Positions 47,982-58,674 of a stretch of 64,000 nt of DNA are shown piece by piece. The first letter of the stretch is position 1, and every line of letters begins with the position of its first letter. Under the pieces are notes generated by a model, which saw only the letters and a list, made by a program, of their open reading frames with translations, was not told where the DNA came from and did no database searches. A program made the translations under genes and the position numbers. Location of the stretch: positions 186,001-250,000 of the IMG/VR virus record IMGVR_UViG_3300044712_001937; one strand, 5' to 3'.

Positions 47982-48014
47982 TAAATATTAAACTGTAATT
48001 TACTTCTAACACAG

Positions 48015-48043
48015 AAAAAACCTGTATATTCTACAGGTTTTTT
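48015..48043. terminator. Bidirectional terminator at the strand switch
   Basis: AAAAAACCTGTA...TACAGGTTTTTT. Confidence 0.85.
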
Positions 48044-48258
48044 ATTTTGATAAGTATTTGACCAAGTAAAACTAACACAGAACCAATAATCCACCACCAA
48101 ATATTTTCTTGTATAATATTCCATGTTAATTTCAACCAATCTGGATGATAAAAATAAAAATTTATTAATAATATTATTAAAATAACAGCTCCAAATGCGA
48201 AACAAATTATTGATATTAAAATTCTAAAACCAATTAAATCTTTTAAAAAATTTTTCAT
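48031..48258 (-). CDS. Small membrane protein
   Basis: Two TM segments. Confidence 0.55.
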   Translation of the reverse strand: MKNFLKDLIGFRILISIICFAFGAVILIILLINFYFYHPDWLKLTWNIIQENIWWWIIGSVLVLLGQILIKIKNL

Positions 48259-48268
48259 ATTTTAACTT

Positions 48269-48469
48269 TTAATCATTATCAACACCATCATCTATTAACC
48301 ATCCTAAGAACATTCCAAAGAATAATATCCAACTTAACATTGATAAGAAAAACATTAAAATTCCAGCATCAAAATCAATACTATTTTGTTTCTTATCTCT
48401 TAATAGATATATTCCCCACATAAATGATACAATATATCCAATTATCCATATTTTAATACAAATATTCAT
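48269..48469 (-). CDS. Small membrane protein
   Basis: Two TM segments. Confidence 0.55.
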   Translation of the reverse strand: MNICIKIWIIGYIVSFMWGIYLLRDKKQNSIDFDAGILMFFLSMLSWILFFGMFLGWLIDDGVDND

Positions 48470-48663
48470 ATTGCTTTTTTTAATTAACCAAATTTATGAC
48501 AAATAAATATGCAAGTCAAGTAAAATTTGAAAAATATGATATATGAAAGAAAATTCATAATTAATAAATTATTACCTATAATTGTAATAATATAATTTAT
48601 TACATATTATCATAATAAACTAAATTTAATACAGCAGAATAAACTAATTTTAATACAAAAAAT

Positions 48664-48695
48664 AAACCCGGATATCTTAAATGATATCCGGGTTT
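48664..48695 (-). terminator. Terminator after the SPFH gene
   Basis: AAACCCGGATATC...GATATCCGGGTTT. Confidence 0.85.
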
Positions 48696-48719
48696 ATAAT
48701 TTAATTAAGCAAATTTAAA

Positions 48720-50621
48720 TTATGCTTTTTTATCTGATTTAGGTGTTGCAACAGGAGTGATTGAATTATTTACTGGATTAATATAATTCAGCATTTGTAT
48801 CGCAGCTAAACTATCGATTGAACTTCCACCTTGACCACCTGTAATTAATATCTTAGGCATAAGTTCTAATTTACCTGCAGCAATTGCATCAATCATTTTC
48901 AATTTACCGAATGCATCCTGACCAATAGCTTTAGCTTGTTCTTCATATGCTTTAGCAGTTGCATTACCTTTTAATTCAATAACATTAGCTTCAGCAGTAC
49001 CAGTTTTTGTTGTTCTTTCAGCTTCAGCAACAGCTTGAAGAGTAATAGATTGAGCATTACCTTCAGCTTTAAGAACGTTAGATGCTTTATCACCTTCAGC
49101 TTTAAGAATATTAGATTTCTTTTCACCTTCAGCTTCTTTAACTTTCTGTGCAGCAATTTTTTCTGCAATAACTACGCCTTGGTCTGCTTTAACAAGTTCA
49201 CCTTGAATATCTGCAATACTCTTTTGTTTTTCCAAATCCTGACGGGTTTGTTGTGTGATAATTTGAGTAGAGTAGGTTTTATTGGTTTCTTCGGCAATCT
49301 TACGGTCAGTCAAAGTTTTCATTAAGTCAGCAGGTGGAACGATATCACCGATTAATGTATCAACAGCAGTTACGTTATATTCTTTTAATACTGAAGATAT
49401 ATGCATTTTTGATTCAGTTTGACGTTCTTTTCTATCAACCAAGAAAGCAATAACATCTGAATTTTGAGCAGAGTTACGGAAATAGTTACCAATTGTTGGC
49501 TCAAGTACTTGAGAAACCAAGTTCTTCATATTACCAAAACGTGCGATAACTTTAGATGCTTCAGTTGAAGGTACATGTATAATCTGACTTACATCAAGAT
49601 TGAAAGCAAAACCGTCTTTTGAACGTACAGTAATAGTAGAAAGATTTTCATCTAACTTATGTGATTCATTACGATTATTTGCCCAATTTAATACAATGTT
49701 TGTAGTTGGAACAACTTCCATTCTTTGAGTTGCAGGATTAATTGCATATTTGCCGGGGTCGAATGGAACATTCCAAACGCCTTTTTTGCCGTTTGCAACA
49801 ATATTTCCATGACCAAATTTTTCACCTGTTAAATCTTCACCTTTATCACCAACAAATGAAATAATAACACCAACAGAACCAATTGGAACTTCAGTTAATG
49901 GAACTTCCTTAAAACTTACAAACCAAGGATTAAAATTATATGTACCTGACTGTACGATTTGAGATTGAATACCTCTTTGACCTCCATTATTCAAGAAAGA
50001 TTCTATATCTTGAAAATTATTATGGTTTGGTACTTCTTTACCTGCAATTTCACCTGATGGTAATGGTTCTCCATCTAAGGTTGTTATAACCCCTACCATA
50101 TTTTCATTAATACGGGTAATTTCTTTTGCTACAATTTTAAATAAATTAGTGTTAATACGATATGACCCTGCAGGTATATATGTTGCTTGTCTACCTTTTT
50201 GTCCACCGTTTTGTAAAAATGCTGCAGCATCAGTAAAATCTTGACATTCTACATATCTACCTAAAATTGAACCGACAGTTATAGCTTTTCCATCTTCAGC
50301 ATACACTAAACCAATACATCCAGAAGGTATATTAGTTAATGGTACTAATTTTACATCAAATTTCCAAGGATATAACCAAAAATGAAAACCCGGTGTTAGA
50401 GTCTGTGCCTGATAACCAGCTTCACCGTTTATAGCAAACAAACGTCCTTCAGATAATGCAAGAGCACCACCCCAGAATCTAAACTTTTTGTTTACAAGAC
50501 CAACTTTATCTTCCGGAACATTAATAATTCCGAATAGTCGCATAATACCGTTAAAGAAAACGATACTTAAAATTATTAGTAGAATCCACCAATAATTCGA
50601 TAATAAACCTAATACAATCAT
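48720..50621 (-). CDS. SPFH/Band-7 (flotillin-like) membrane protein
   Basis: N-terminal TM; repeated PGxYxINP beta units; VRSKDGFAFNLDV...FRNSAQ; Ala/Glu coiled-coil tail. Confidence 0.9.
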   Translation of the reverse strand: MIVLGLLSNYWWILLIILSIVFFNGIMRLFGIINVPEDKVGLVNKKFRFWGGALALSEGRLFAINGEAGYQAQTLTPGFHFWLYPWKFDVKLVPLTNIPSGCIGLVYAEDGKAITVGSILGRYVECQDFTDAAAFLQNGGQKGRQATYIPAGSYRINTNLFKIVAKEITRINENMVGVITTLDGEPLPSGEIAGKEVPNHNNFQDIESFLNNGGQRGIQSQIVQSGTYNFNPWFVSFKEVPLTEVPIGSVGVIISFVGDKGEDLTGEKFGHGNIVANGKKGVWNVPFDPGKYAINPATQRMEVVPTTNIVLNWANNRNESHKLDENLSTITVRSKDGFAFNLDVSQIIHVPSTEASKVIARFGNMKNLVSQVLEPTIGNYFRNSAQNSDVIAFLVDRKERQTESKMHISSVLKEYNVTAVDTLIGDIVPPADLMKTLTDRKIAEETNKTYSTQIITQQTRQDLEKQKSIADIQGELVKADQGVVIAEKIAAQKVKEAEGEKKSNILKAEGDKASNVLKAEGNAQSITLQAVAEAERTTKTGTAEANVIELKGNATAKAYEEQAKAIGQDAFGKLKMIDAIAAGKLELMPKILITGGQGGSSIDSLAAIQMLNYINPVNNSITPVATPKSDKKA

Positions 50622-50845
50622 AGTTAAATTTAATTTTAATTAATAATAAAGATATATTTATTTGTTTGTTTTTTCATAATAATCTTTATACATTTGATAC
50701 TTACCAGCTTCGTATGGATATAATGAGTATAATAAATATAGAATAATTCCTGCAATTATAATATAAATTAACCAATTGGCAATTTTTCCTAAGAATTTAT
50801 CTATTTTTATCCAAAAAGAACTATAATTAATCATAATAAAGATAT

Positions 50846-51157
50846 TTATTTCTTTTTAAGAATTTCCATCGCTTTTTGTAAACCTATTTCTAACGCATCT
50901 TCATAGGTTTTATATCGATTACCTTGAGAATATGCTAAATTAGACGAATCATCATCTACTCTCCAATTATATGAATCATCAAATTTAACACTAAAAACAT
51001 AAATATGTCTAACTTCACGAAGATAACGCTGAAGTTTAGTTTGAGTAATTGAAAAAGAATTAATTCTTAGCCATTTATCTAAAATACATTTATAATAAAT
51101 GAATCCGATTTCTTTAACTAATTTAGCTGTTTTGTGTGTTATAATTTGGTCTTCCAT
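50846..51157 (-). CDS. Hypothetical protein, paralog of 46701
   Basis: TQTKLQRYLRE...YKTYEDALEIGL. Confidence 0.7.
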   Translation of the reverse strand: MEDQIITHKTAKLVKEIGFIYYKCILDKWLRINSFSITQTKLQRYLREVRHIYVFSVKFDDSYNWRVDDDSSNLAYSQGNRYKTYEDALEIGLQKAMEILKKK

Positions 51158-51543
51158 TATTCTTCAGGAAATTCGCAATTACTTTCATCAATAAATGAAA
51201 TCAATCCCGGTGCATAATCAAATTTAATACAATTCATAGCTGCTTCAATATCATCATCAATTAATAGAAAATCATCAGATGATACGTTTTGATTTTTAAT
51301 TGGAACAACTAATTTCATTGCAAGATTAACTAATACTAAATCTTTATTTATTTTAACGTTACATTTTGGTAAACTTTCCCAAATTCGTTTTAAATCATTT
51401 CGTTTAGTACAAGCTATTACAATATGAGTATTATCAACAATTAACGGAAAATAACCCATTAAACAATGACTTTTTTCCATAGTATAGATTTGAATAATTT
51501 TCCAACCATTCAAATTAGTGTCTTGTAAATCAGCTAATTTCAT
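51157..51543 (-). CDS. Hypothetical protein
   Basis: ORF in - block. Confidence 0.65.
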   Translation of the reverse strand: MKLADLQDTNLNGWKIIQIYTMEKSHCLMGYFPLIVDNTHIVIACTKRNDLKRIWESLPKCNVKINKDLVLVNLAMKLVVPIKNQNVSSDDFLLIDDDIEAAMNCIKFDYAPGLISFIDESNCEFPEE

Positions 51544-51545
51544 TA

Positions 51546-51800
51546 TTAAAAATTTGAATTAATTTCGTCTTCTAATTCTTTATTTATCATTTTAAGTTCT
51601 TCTTCACTAAGCAAATCCATTTCGTTGAATTCTCTATCTTCAGGATAGGTTGATTCAAGATACTCATTAATTTTATGCTCGGCAAAATCATCCATTAATC
51701 TTAATATTTCATTTAAAGTAAGTTGAATTAAAGGGTGATTTATTTGAGCTATGACAGGAATTCCAGCATCATTGCTCAATAAAAAATCTTTTGCAGTCAT
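51546..51800 (-). CDS. Hypothetical protein
   Basis: ORF in - block. Confidence 0.65.
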   Translation of the reverse strand: MTAKDFLLSNDAGIPVIAQINHPLIQLTLNEILRLMDDFAEHKINEYLESTYPEDREFNEMDLLSEEELKMINKELEDEINSNF

Positions 51801-51964
51801 AATATTAATGTTTATGTTTTTTAAAAATACTAATACTTTTTACCAATCTAATTTTAAGTCTGGGTTTATCTTCATATTTTTCACATAAATCAGTAATTAT
51901 TTCTGCTGCAATAAATTTAGTTATAGTCTTACTAAAAAAACTATCTTTTTTCTTATAAGATACT

Positions 51965-52498
51965 TTATAAAGATTCAGGGTTTTCATTTATATTAATTTT
52001 AGGTAAATTTGCGTTATAATAACTATATAATTCATCCAAATTCTTATAACATCTATCTTCGTTTCGATAAACATATCTATCATTTGGATATTTGAACATA
52101 TATACAACATGTCTACTTTTCCGATTCCAACCTTTAACAATAACTCTCATTACTTTCATTGCTTTTATACAACTTTCATCAATAATAAGAACATATTGAC
52201 CAACACGATATTTAGTTGGGTATTCATTTATATCTTTCTTAATTTTTTTAAAAATGTTAAAAGATAATATTAAATCTCTAATATCGTCATAAATAGTATA
52301 TCTATCACGATTTCCACCTTCATCAAGCCATTCCACATCATTTGTAATATATTCTTTATCGCCAATTTGAAAATACATTTCTGGAGAATCAGCATAATTT
52401 TTCCAGCCATATACTATAAAATTTTTATACTTAACAATAACTTTATTCTCAAACCCTGCTTCTTTTGGAAGTCTTTCAGATGCTTTAACCCATTTCAT
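51965..52498 (-). CDS. Hypothetical protein (DUF551-like N-terminus)
   Basis: MKWVKASERLP start motif. Confidence 0.65.
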   Translation of the reverse strand: MKWVKASERLPKEAGFENKVIVKYKNFIVYGWKNYADSPEMYFQIGDKEYITNDVEWLDEGGNRDRYTIYDDIRDLILSFNIFKKIKKDINEYPTKYRVGQYVLIIDESCIKAMKVMRVIVKGWNRKSRHVVYMFKYPNDRYVYRNEDRCYKNLDELYSYYNANLPKININENPESL

Positions 52499-52506
52499 GA
52501 TTATAC

Positions 52507-52737
52507 TTATTTAAATTTTTTCCAAAGTTTATCCATTGTCATATTACCAGTTATTTTGGTATTAGCAATAAAATTTGCAAATGCACGAGCTTCTTGTTCA
52601 GCATATACATCCATTGCAGATAGTGCAGGTTCTTGATATGCTAAAGGAAAATTCTTAGTTGATATAGAAGTTATACCTCTATCTATAGTAAATTTAACAT
52701 ATTGTTCCTGTAATATTTCTTCTTTAGTTTTATCCAT
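52507..52737 (-). CDS. Hypothetical protein
   Basis: ORF in - block. Confidence 0.65.
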   Translation of the reverse strand: MDKTKEEILQEQYVKFTIDRGITSISTKNFPLAYQEPALSAMDVYAEQEARAFANFIANTKITGNMTMDKLWKKFK

Positions 52738-52883
52738 AATATTATAATATACATTTAATGATTAATAAAAAGAAAATCCAAAAGCATATTCCTGCAAATA
52801 TTTCAAACCATCTTGGATATACTGTATATGTTTTAAAAAACATTAAATGACATATGGCTTCTAATAATCTATTCATATAGTTA

Positions 52884-53102
52884 TTAAATAAAATGATTAT
52901 GACATGCATCATCTATCCAAACAGTACCAGCTTTATCTTTTTGATAAACTCTTTCTCTGGTTTTTGTTTCTTTACCACATAAAACACAAACATTAATTTC
53001 GGTATGATACCAATATTTAAGTTTTGGTTTTTTGCCTTTTTGTAATAAAAATGTTTTTGAATTTGGAAAATTAGGCATACCCATTAAATTAAATTCAGGC
53101 AT
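52884..53102 (-). CDS. Small Zn-finger-like protein
   Basis: CVLCG...DDACHNH. Confidence 0.55.
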   Translation of the reverse strand: MPEFNLMGMPNFPNSKTFLLQKGKKPKLKYWYHTEINVCVLCGKETKTRERVYQKDKAGTVWIDDACHNHFI

Positions 53103-53126
53103 TTTTAATCTGTTTAAGTAATTTCT

Positions 53127-53327
53127 TTAAACCTTTCCCATCTTTAATTGTACTTCCGGAATGCCAACCTGAATATGGAAAATAATATACTTTATGTCCA
53201 TAAAGATGAATTGTAGTTCAGTTTCACTTTGAAAAGTGATGGTATAACCCAAACTTTCAATTTCTTTTTTAGCGAATTCTAATCGTTTGGGTTCTAATGT
53301 ATTTTGCCTTTCAATATCTAATCGCAT
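53127..53327 (-). CDS. Hypothetical protein
   Basis: ORF in - block. Confidence 0.55.
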   Translation of the reverse strand: MRLDIERQNTLEPKRLEFAKKEIESLGYTITFQSETELQFIFMDIKYIIFHIQVGIPEVQLKMGKV

Positions 53328-53328
53328 A

Positions 53329-54192
53329 TTATTTTACGTTTTCTTTTCCGGTTTTAAAAACATTAATGGTGCTATCACTTAAGAAGCCATACTGAAAATT
53401 AATCTTTTCAAGTTTCAATGCTTTATTATATAGATTATTTGGAAAGGTATCAAGTAATGTGTTATTTTTATTGGCAATTACTTGGCATTCCTTTTCAATA
53501 TTGAAATAACCCTCACGTTGACTTGTGATGAAATTACTTAAATCTGTATAGAATTTAGTAAATTCTTCATATGGAATTTGTTGATTTTCTCTCACCCATT
53601 TCCAAGTGACATTTTTACCATCAGCACGATTTTCCATAATTATCTGGGTAACCAGTATAAATGTTTCACGATTAATATTGGTAATTTTATCCTTCTGCAA
53701 ATAAGTTTTCCATAATTTATCATAAAATCCTTGCTTCTCTTGAACTTTTTGAGTATAAGTGTTGTGATATAGCTTAGAAGTATTATAAATGAATTTACAG
53801 TCTTTATATACGGTTTTAGTTAAACCAATTAACTTAAATATTAATATGATTACAATTATCCAAAATATCCACTTTTTGATAGATTTCCAGATATTAAATG
53901 GTTTATCATCATTATCATCACATTTAGAATATTTATTTTCAGTATCTTCATATATAAATTCTAAAGGTGTATCTTTACTATCTAATTCCCAAAATGAAAT
54001 AATTGCCCATACAATGCCTATAATAGTGACAATTGTAGTAACACCATAATGAAACCAACCCCATTTTTTATCTTTATCTCCAAAAATATCGAAATTGGTA
54101 TTATACAACCATAGTGTTATAAAAAATAACACAACTAATAGAATAAAAGCACCTATTTGTGTTTGAAGTCTCGTAAATTTAAATTTTTTCAT
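53329..54192 (-). CDS. Membrane protein with possible LemA-like helical C-terminus
   Basis: Three TM segments, then a helical domain ending LLDTFPNNLY. Confidence 0.6.
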   Translation of the reverse strand: MKKFKFTRLQTQIGAFILLVVLFFITLWLYNTNFDIFGDKDKKWGWFHYGVTTIVTIIGIVWAIISFWELDSKDTPLEFIYEDTENKYSKCDDNDDKPFNIWKSIKKWIFWIIVIILIFKLIGLTKTVYKDCKFIYNTSKLYHNTYTQKVQEKQGFYDKLWKTYLQKDKITNINRETFILVTQIIMENRADGKNVTWKWVRENQQIPYEEFTKFYTDLSNFITSQREGYFNIEKECQVIANKNNTLLDTFPNNLYNKALKLEKINFQYGFLSDSTINVFKTGKENVK

Positions 54193-54196
54193 AATT

Positions 54197-54385
54197 TTAG
54201 TTTTTTAATGTGAATATTTGTATCCAACCTTGTGCATTTAAAGCATTATCAAGGTTTTGTTTGTTTAAAAATATTGGGTTTAAATGTTTGCATTCGTCAC
54301 ATAGATAATGCCCGTTACTCCAACACTTTCCATTAGGTTTTCCGGGAGAATATGATTTCGTTGGGCAATCTATTAAATTATTCAT
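54197..54385 (-). CDS. Hypothetical protein
   Basis: ORF in - block. Confidence 0.55.
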   Translation of the reverse strand: MNNLIDCPTKSYSPGKPNGKCWSNGHYLCDECKHLNPIFLNKQNLDNALNAQGWIQIFTLKN

Positions 54386-54653
54386 CGAATTGTTTTAAAA
54401 AATCTTCAATTTCTTCTTTAGTAAACGATTCAAAATAACTCTCTAAAAACAAATCTAAACCATTTAATCTGAAAGTTAAATCACCAAAAATGAATTTAGG
54501 ATATTCTTCATCCTTAAAATCTTCAACAATTTCATCAATAATCTCAGTAACTTCACTTTCATCAATAAAGTGTTTATTATAATTTGAATTACTTAATTCA
54601 TAATATATTAAATCTCGTAATTCTTGTTCATTTTTAATTACCTGTTTAATCAT
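54378..54653 (-). CDS. Acidic hypothetical protein
   Basis: ORF in - block. Confidence 0.65.
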   Translation of the reverse strand: MIKQVIKNEQELRDLIYYELSNSNYNKHFIDESEVTEIIDEIVEDFKDEEYPKFIFGDLTFRLNGLDLFLESYFESFTKEEIEDFLKQFDE

Positions 54654-55120
54654 AATTTATCAATATCTTCGTTAATATCTACGAGTAATGCTGCGCTCAT
54701 TAAATGATGTTCGCCATCCGTATCAGGCAGAGTATCATGACCATTTAAATAACAAATAGCTTTAATTTTATTACCTGATAAATCGTGAAAATTTATTTGG
54801 TCAAATATTTCACCGACATCAGGTTTAAGAAAAAATCGTGATGTTGATTTAACCAAATATGTAATTCTTTTCCATTCTTTTAAATTTGTCAATGCTTCAT
54901 TTTCAGTTGAGTCAGCATCAAATGTTAAACTAATATTTCTTGGTTTTTCAATAATTTTGGTTAAACCTTCACTACTTATAGGATAATATCCATGAATAGA
55001 ATTTGCACCTTTATTTTCGAGTTTAACTATTTTAATTTTTCCAAGCAACTCTCTAATTTTATCATCACTTTTTCTTTTGTATCGGTAATATAAACCGGAT
55101 ACTGAATATTTATCTTCCAT
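54650..55120 (-). CDS. Hypothetical protein
   Basis: ORF in - block. Confidence 0.75.
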   Translation of the reverse strand: MEDKYSVSGLYYRYKRKSDDKIRELLGKIKIVKLENKGANSIHGYYPISSEGLTKIIEKPRNISLTFDADSTENEALTNLKEWKRITYLVKSTSRFFLKPDVGEIFDQINFHDLSGNKIKAICYLNGHDTLPDTDGEHHLMSAALLVDINEDIDKL

Positions 55121-55142
55121 AGTTTTATAAATAATTTAGTTA

Positions 55143-55586
55143 TTATCTTTTAGTTAAAGGTTCTATTGTTGATTCTTCTTTTGGAATTCCAGATAGATTT
55201 GAAATTAAATTCCACATATATTTATTCCATGCTGTCATAGCTAAAATATTTGAGGATTCAGACCCATCAATATCCCAACAAGTATTTATTTTTTCACCGC
55301 ATTTACAAACTACAATATATGAATTCGGATATGCATTTTCACTTAAATCTTTAATGACTTCTGGAGTTCCACCACACTTGCATAAATAAAGATGAGAAGG
55401 AATTATTTTCTCAATTTCATTAATAACTTTTTTAAGTCTAAGCATTTCATTCCAGACTTCAGTATAATCAAAATCATTTCTACACCAAATTGGATTTTCA
55501 TCACCATAACCAAAATCACGTGCTTTTAATTCTTTCTCGTAATTTTGAATTAATATACTTCTTATTTCAGAAAGTCTATGATTCAT
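55143..55586 (-). CDS. Hypothetical protein with Lar-like Zn ribbon
   Basis: CKCGG...VVCKCG...AMTAWNK. Confidence 0.55.
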   Translation of the reverse strand: MNHRLSEIRSILIQNYEKELKARDFGYGDENPIWCRNDFDYTEVWNEMLRLKKVINEIEKIIPSHLYLCKCGGTPEVIKDLSENAYPNSYIVVCKCGEKINTCWDIDGSESSNILAMTAWNKYMWNLISNLSGIPKEESTIEPLTKR

Positions 55587-55748
55587 TTTAAAACAATTTC
55601 ATGTGAAAATAATTACTTAAAAATACTAATATCATTGTTAAAGCTGTAAATAAATTTCCAAATTTTAATTTATTATCTTTTACAAAAAATGCTTTAACAT
55701 TTCCATGTAACAAATAAACAAAAATTATAATAGAAAACCAACTCATAT

Positions 55749-56198
55749 TTATTTTTTTTCTTTTTTTAATTTTTTTTCATAGTTTTTAACTTCTTTTATT
55801 GCATTATTAAATGCTGATTGAATTGAAGTGCCGTTAATAGTAATAGTGTAATTATTTAAATTTCTAAGATGAACTGTCCAAGTATTAAAATCAGCTAAAG
55901 GTATTTGGCAAATTGCTTCAACATAGTAACCTTTAGGAATATATGCATCAAGAGTTATATTATCCTTCAATAATTTAAATAATATCATAAATATAATAGA
56001 TATTACTAATGAAATTGATAAAATATATCGACCTATGATAAATATCATTAGTTGAATTTCTGGACTATTGGTGATAACTTCTTTAGCTTTAAAGCCAAAA
56101 ACACAAAATTCAAATATTACTAATAAAATCATAAAACTATAAAAACAAGCCATATATAGTATTATGAATAGCCAAATATTTTTAAGTATTTTTTTCAT
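55749..56198 (-). CDS. Membrane protein
   Basis: Two N-terminal TM segments. Confidence 0.65.
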   Translation of the reverse strand: MKKILKNIWLFIILYMACFYSFMILLVIFEFCVFGFKAKEVITNSPEIQLMIFIIGRYILSISLVISIIFMILFKLLKDNITLDAYIPKGYYVEAICQIPLADFNTWTVHLRNLNNYTITINGTSIQSAFNNAIKEVKNYEKKLKKEKK

Positions 56199-56652
56199 TT
56201 TTAAATGTTAAAGTTTCAACATCAACTTTGATTCCGGTTAATATTTTAATTAATTCTACAACATTTCCTAATAAAAGATATGGTGAATTTAAATGAACAT
56301 CACATTGAGTATTCTTTACATACTCAATAGCTTTATCAATATTAATTTTTTCATTTTTAAAAATAAGATAACTTATTTTATATTTCATTACTTCTTTAGG
56401 AACTTTAAAGAAAAAATCTCCTGCATATATTCCAACATAATCATCGAATGCTTGAATTTGAGTAGTATAGGAAGGTAAATTAAATCTTCTTTCAGTGTTA
56501 AAGTTATTGTTAAAAATACATTCAATACCATGAAGTTGTTTTGAAGCAGATTCAATTTGACTTCTAATATAATCCGGTAAAGAATAAATCTTTTCTTGAA
56601 TTTCAGTATATTCTTCTATAGACCGTGCAGTTATTTTTATTGAATATTCCAT
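56182..56652 (-). CDS. Hypothetical protein
   Basis: ORF in - block. Confidence 0.7.
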   Translation of the reverse strand: MEYSIKITARSIEEYTEIQEKIYSLPDYIRSQIESASKQLHGIECIFNNNFNTERRFNLPSYTTQIQAFDDYVGIYAGDFFFKVPKEVMKYKISYLIFKNEKINIDKAIEYVKNTQCDVHLNSPYLLLGNVVELIKILTGIKVDVETLTFKNEKNT

Positions 56653-56654
56653 AA

Positions 56655-56987
56655 TTATTCAACTTTTTTAATTATTATATTCATATTTGGTTTAAATACA
56701 TCAATATTTTTTCCAGTTGCACCGAATGTTGAATTCTCAGCAATTCTTCTTGAGATAATATTTGCACTAAGATTTTTTTGAAATTCGTTAAACCAATATT
56801 CCTTAACACTTTCATCTTTAGTTGCAAAATCAATTAATAAACTGTTAAGTTCAATGACACCACCTTCATTGGCATGAACTAAACCAACTACATTACATTT
56901 TTTTATAAAATCATTTGCAGCTTTTTTCATAATATTAATTATATTGGTTTTTATATACGAATTCAAAATCAGGCATTTCAACTCCAT
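56655..56987 (-). CDS. Hypothetical protein
   Basis: ORF in - block; start may be internal. Confidence 0.55.
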   Translation of the reverse strand: MELKCLILNSYIKTNIINIMKKAANDFIKKCNVVGLVHANEGGVIELNSLLIDFATKDESVKEYWFNEFQKNLSANIISRRIAENSTFGATGKNIDVFKPNMNIIIKKVE

Positions 56988-57510
56988 TATTTACATAATA
57001 AAGATATGCTGCTTTATATATACAAATATCACTTATCCATGAAAGATTTTCAATTTCAGCAGGAGTATTTTTAGTAATTTTTAACGGAGATTCGTTTGTA
57101 GTATTACAACTATAATTATGTTTTTGTTTAGTTCGATATGTTTCATCAATCAAATGAAAATCTTTTTTATGATATCCAAATGCCCAAGCCATATCATATT
57201 TTTTTTCAAATACTGCCACATCCCAGAACTTTTTCTTTTCTTCTTCAGTATTACCTTTAACTATCTTTCCAGTTCCATTAGTCCAATCAATAAAATCTTC
57301 TCTACTAAACCAACCAAAATTAAAACATTTTTGATTATTTGGATTTAACCAATAATATGCAATACCATCTTTTTCAATTGATTTCTCCAATTTATTCATT
57401 GGAGAACAAATTGAATTTGCTTTTATTAATTGCTCAATAGTAGGTTCAGGAACAAATGTAGATACACCTTTAGCGACATTAGAAAATATTGATTTAAAAT
57501 AGTTTTTCAT
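56935..57510 (-). CDS. Hypothetical protein
   Basis: Behind minus-strand promoter motif at 57529-57554. Confidence 0.75.
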   Translation of the reverse strand: MKNYFKSIFSNVAKGVSTFVPEPTIEQLIKANSICSPMNKLEKSIEKDGIAYYWLNPNNQKCFNFGWFSREDFIDWTNGTGKIVKGNTEEEKKKFWDVAVFEKKYDMAWAFGYHKKDFHLIDETYRTKQKHNYSCNTTNESPLKITKNTPAEIENLSWISDICIYKAAYLYYVNNGVEMPDFEFVYKNQYN

Positions 57511-57540
57511 TTGATTTATTTTTCAAATATACGATAATTA

Positions 57541-58311
57541 TTAAGTTTTGTTACTTTTTTGGTAATATTCTTTTACAGCATCCGACATAGCGAATTCTAT
57601 ACAAATATTTATATAAAATCTGCGCATTAATGGACTCCAATGTTTATGTGATTTAACATATTGAATAGCTGCGACTTCTATTGGATTATCAATATTGATA
57701 ATTTTAATTCCTCTTCCTTTTTCAGGAATAGTGCATGTAAGTTCATCATGTAGTGAACGTAATAATTCCTCAACATGACCTTCTTCTCTGGTATGTCTTA
57801 AAAATCTATATTCAACATAAATTTCATCAACGGGATTTTCAACCCAAGTTTTTAGAAACTCAACCGAAAATGTTGGAAAGTTTTCATAAATAGGCATACC
57901 AGAAATATCTTCATATCCATGAAATTTATCAAGTTCAGGATATGAACCAATTATTTTATTACAAAAAGCTAATGGAAATTTTTCATCATATATACTAATT
58001 TTATTAGTACGATTAGATATATAGTAATCACCTTTTTTAATTTCTTCATCAGAGAGTAATACTAATTGATAACATGATAAATCCCATTTATTATAAACTG
58101 CATTTTTTAAAAAAATATCATTAGCAATTACATATGAAGATGGTTTAAATTTACCTGTAGGTTTACTATTCCAAACACTTTCCTGATTATATGTAGGGTC
58201 ATTAGCATCTTTTAACCATGTTTCATATTCTTCTTCCATATAATTACAAATATCGCCAACTTTAGCATCTCTATTAAGTTTAATAATTGCTAATTTATGC
58301 TTTTTATACAT
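57541..58311 (-). CDS. Hypothetical protein
   Basis: 256-aa ORF. Confidence 0.8.
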   Translation of the reverse strand: MYKKHKLAIIKLNRDAKVGDICNYMEEEYETWLKDANDPTYNQESVWNSKPTGKFKPSSYVIANDIFLKNAVYNKWDLSCYQLVLLSDEEIKKGDYYISNRTNKISIYDEKFPLAFCNKIIGSYPELDKFHGYEDISGMPIYENFPTFSVEFLKTWVENPVDEIYVEYRFLRHTREEGHVEELLRSLHDELTCTIPEKGRGIKIINIDNPIEVAAIQYVKSHKHWSPLMRRFYINICIEFAMSDAVKEYYQKSNKT

Positions 58312-58315
58312 GATT

Positions 58316-58672
58316 TTATTTATTTTGATTAAACCAACTATCTATATTTGTTTTTTTATATGATTTAATAGTAACACTAATACCATCATGAAAATCAGTT
58401 CCTTTTAAAGCAGCATTATTTTTTATATAATCCCAAAGAATTTTTTTGCATAAATTTTTAGCTTCTTTTTCAGTAAAAATTTTTTCTTCAGGTTCTTTTA
58501 AATCATAATGTGCCCTAAATCTTTTCATTTCTTCATCGGTTAAATTTCCACCTTCCCAATCCAAAATACCTAATTCTTTATCAATTTCCCATTGACGTTC
58601 TGCAGATAATTTAAAAAAATTTTTAGGTCTTCGAAATGACATTTCAAACATTTCATGCTCATTCATACTCAT
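58316..58672 (-). CDS. Hypothetical protein
   Basis: ORF in - block. Confidence 0.7.
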   Translation of the reverse strand: MSMNEHEMFEMSFRRPKNFFKLSAERQWEIDKELGILDWEGGNLTDEEMKRFRAHYDLKEPEEKIFTEKEAKNLCKKILWDYIKNNAALKGTDFHDGISVTIKSYKKTNIDSWFNQNK

Positions 58673-58674
58673 AA

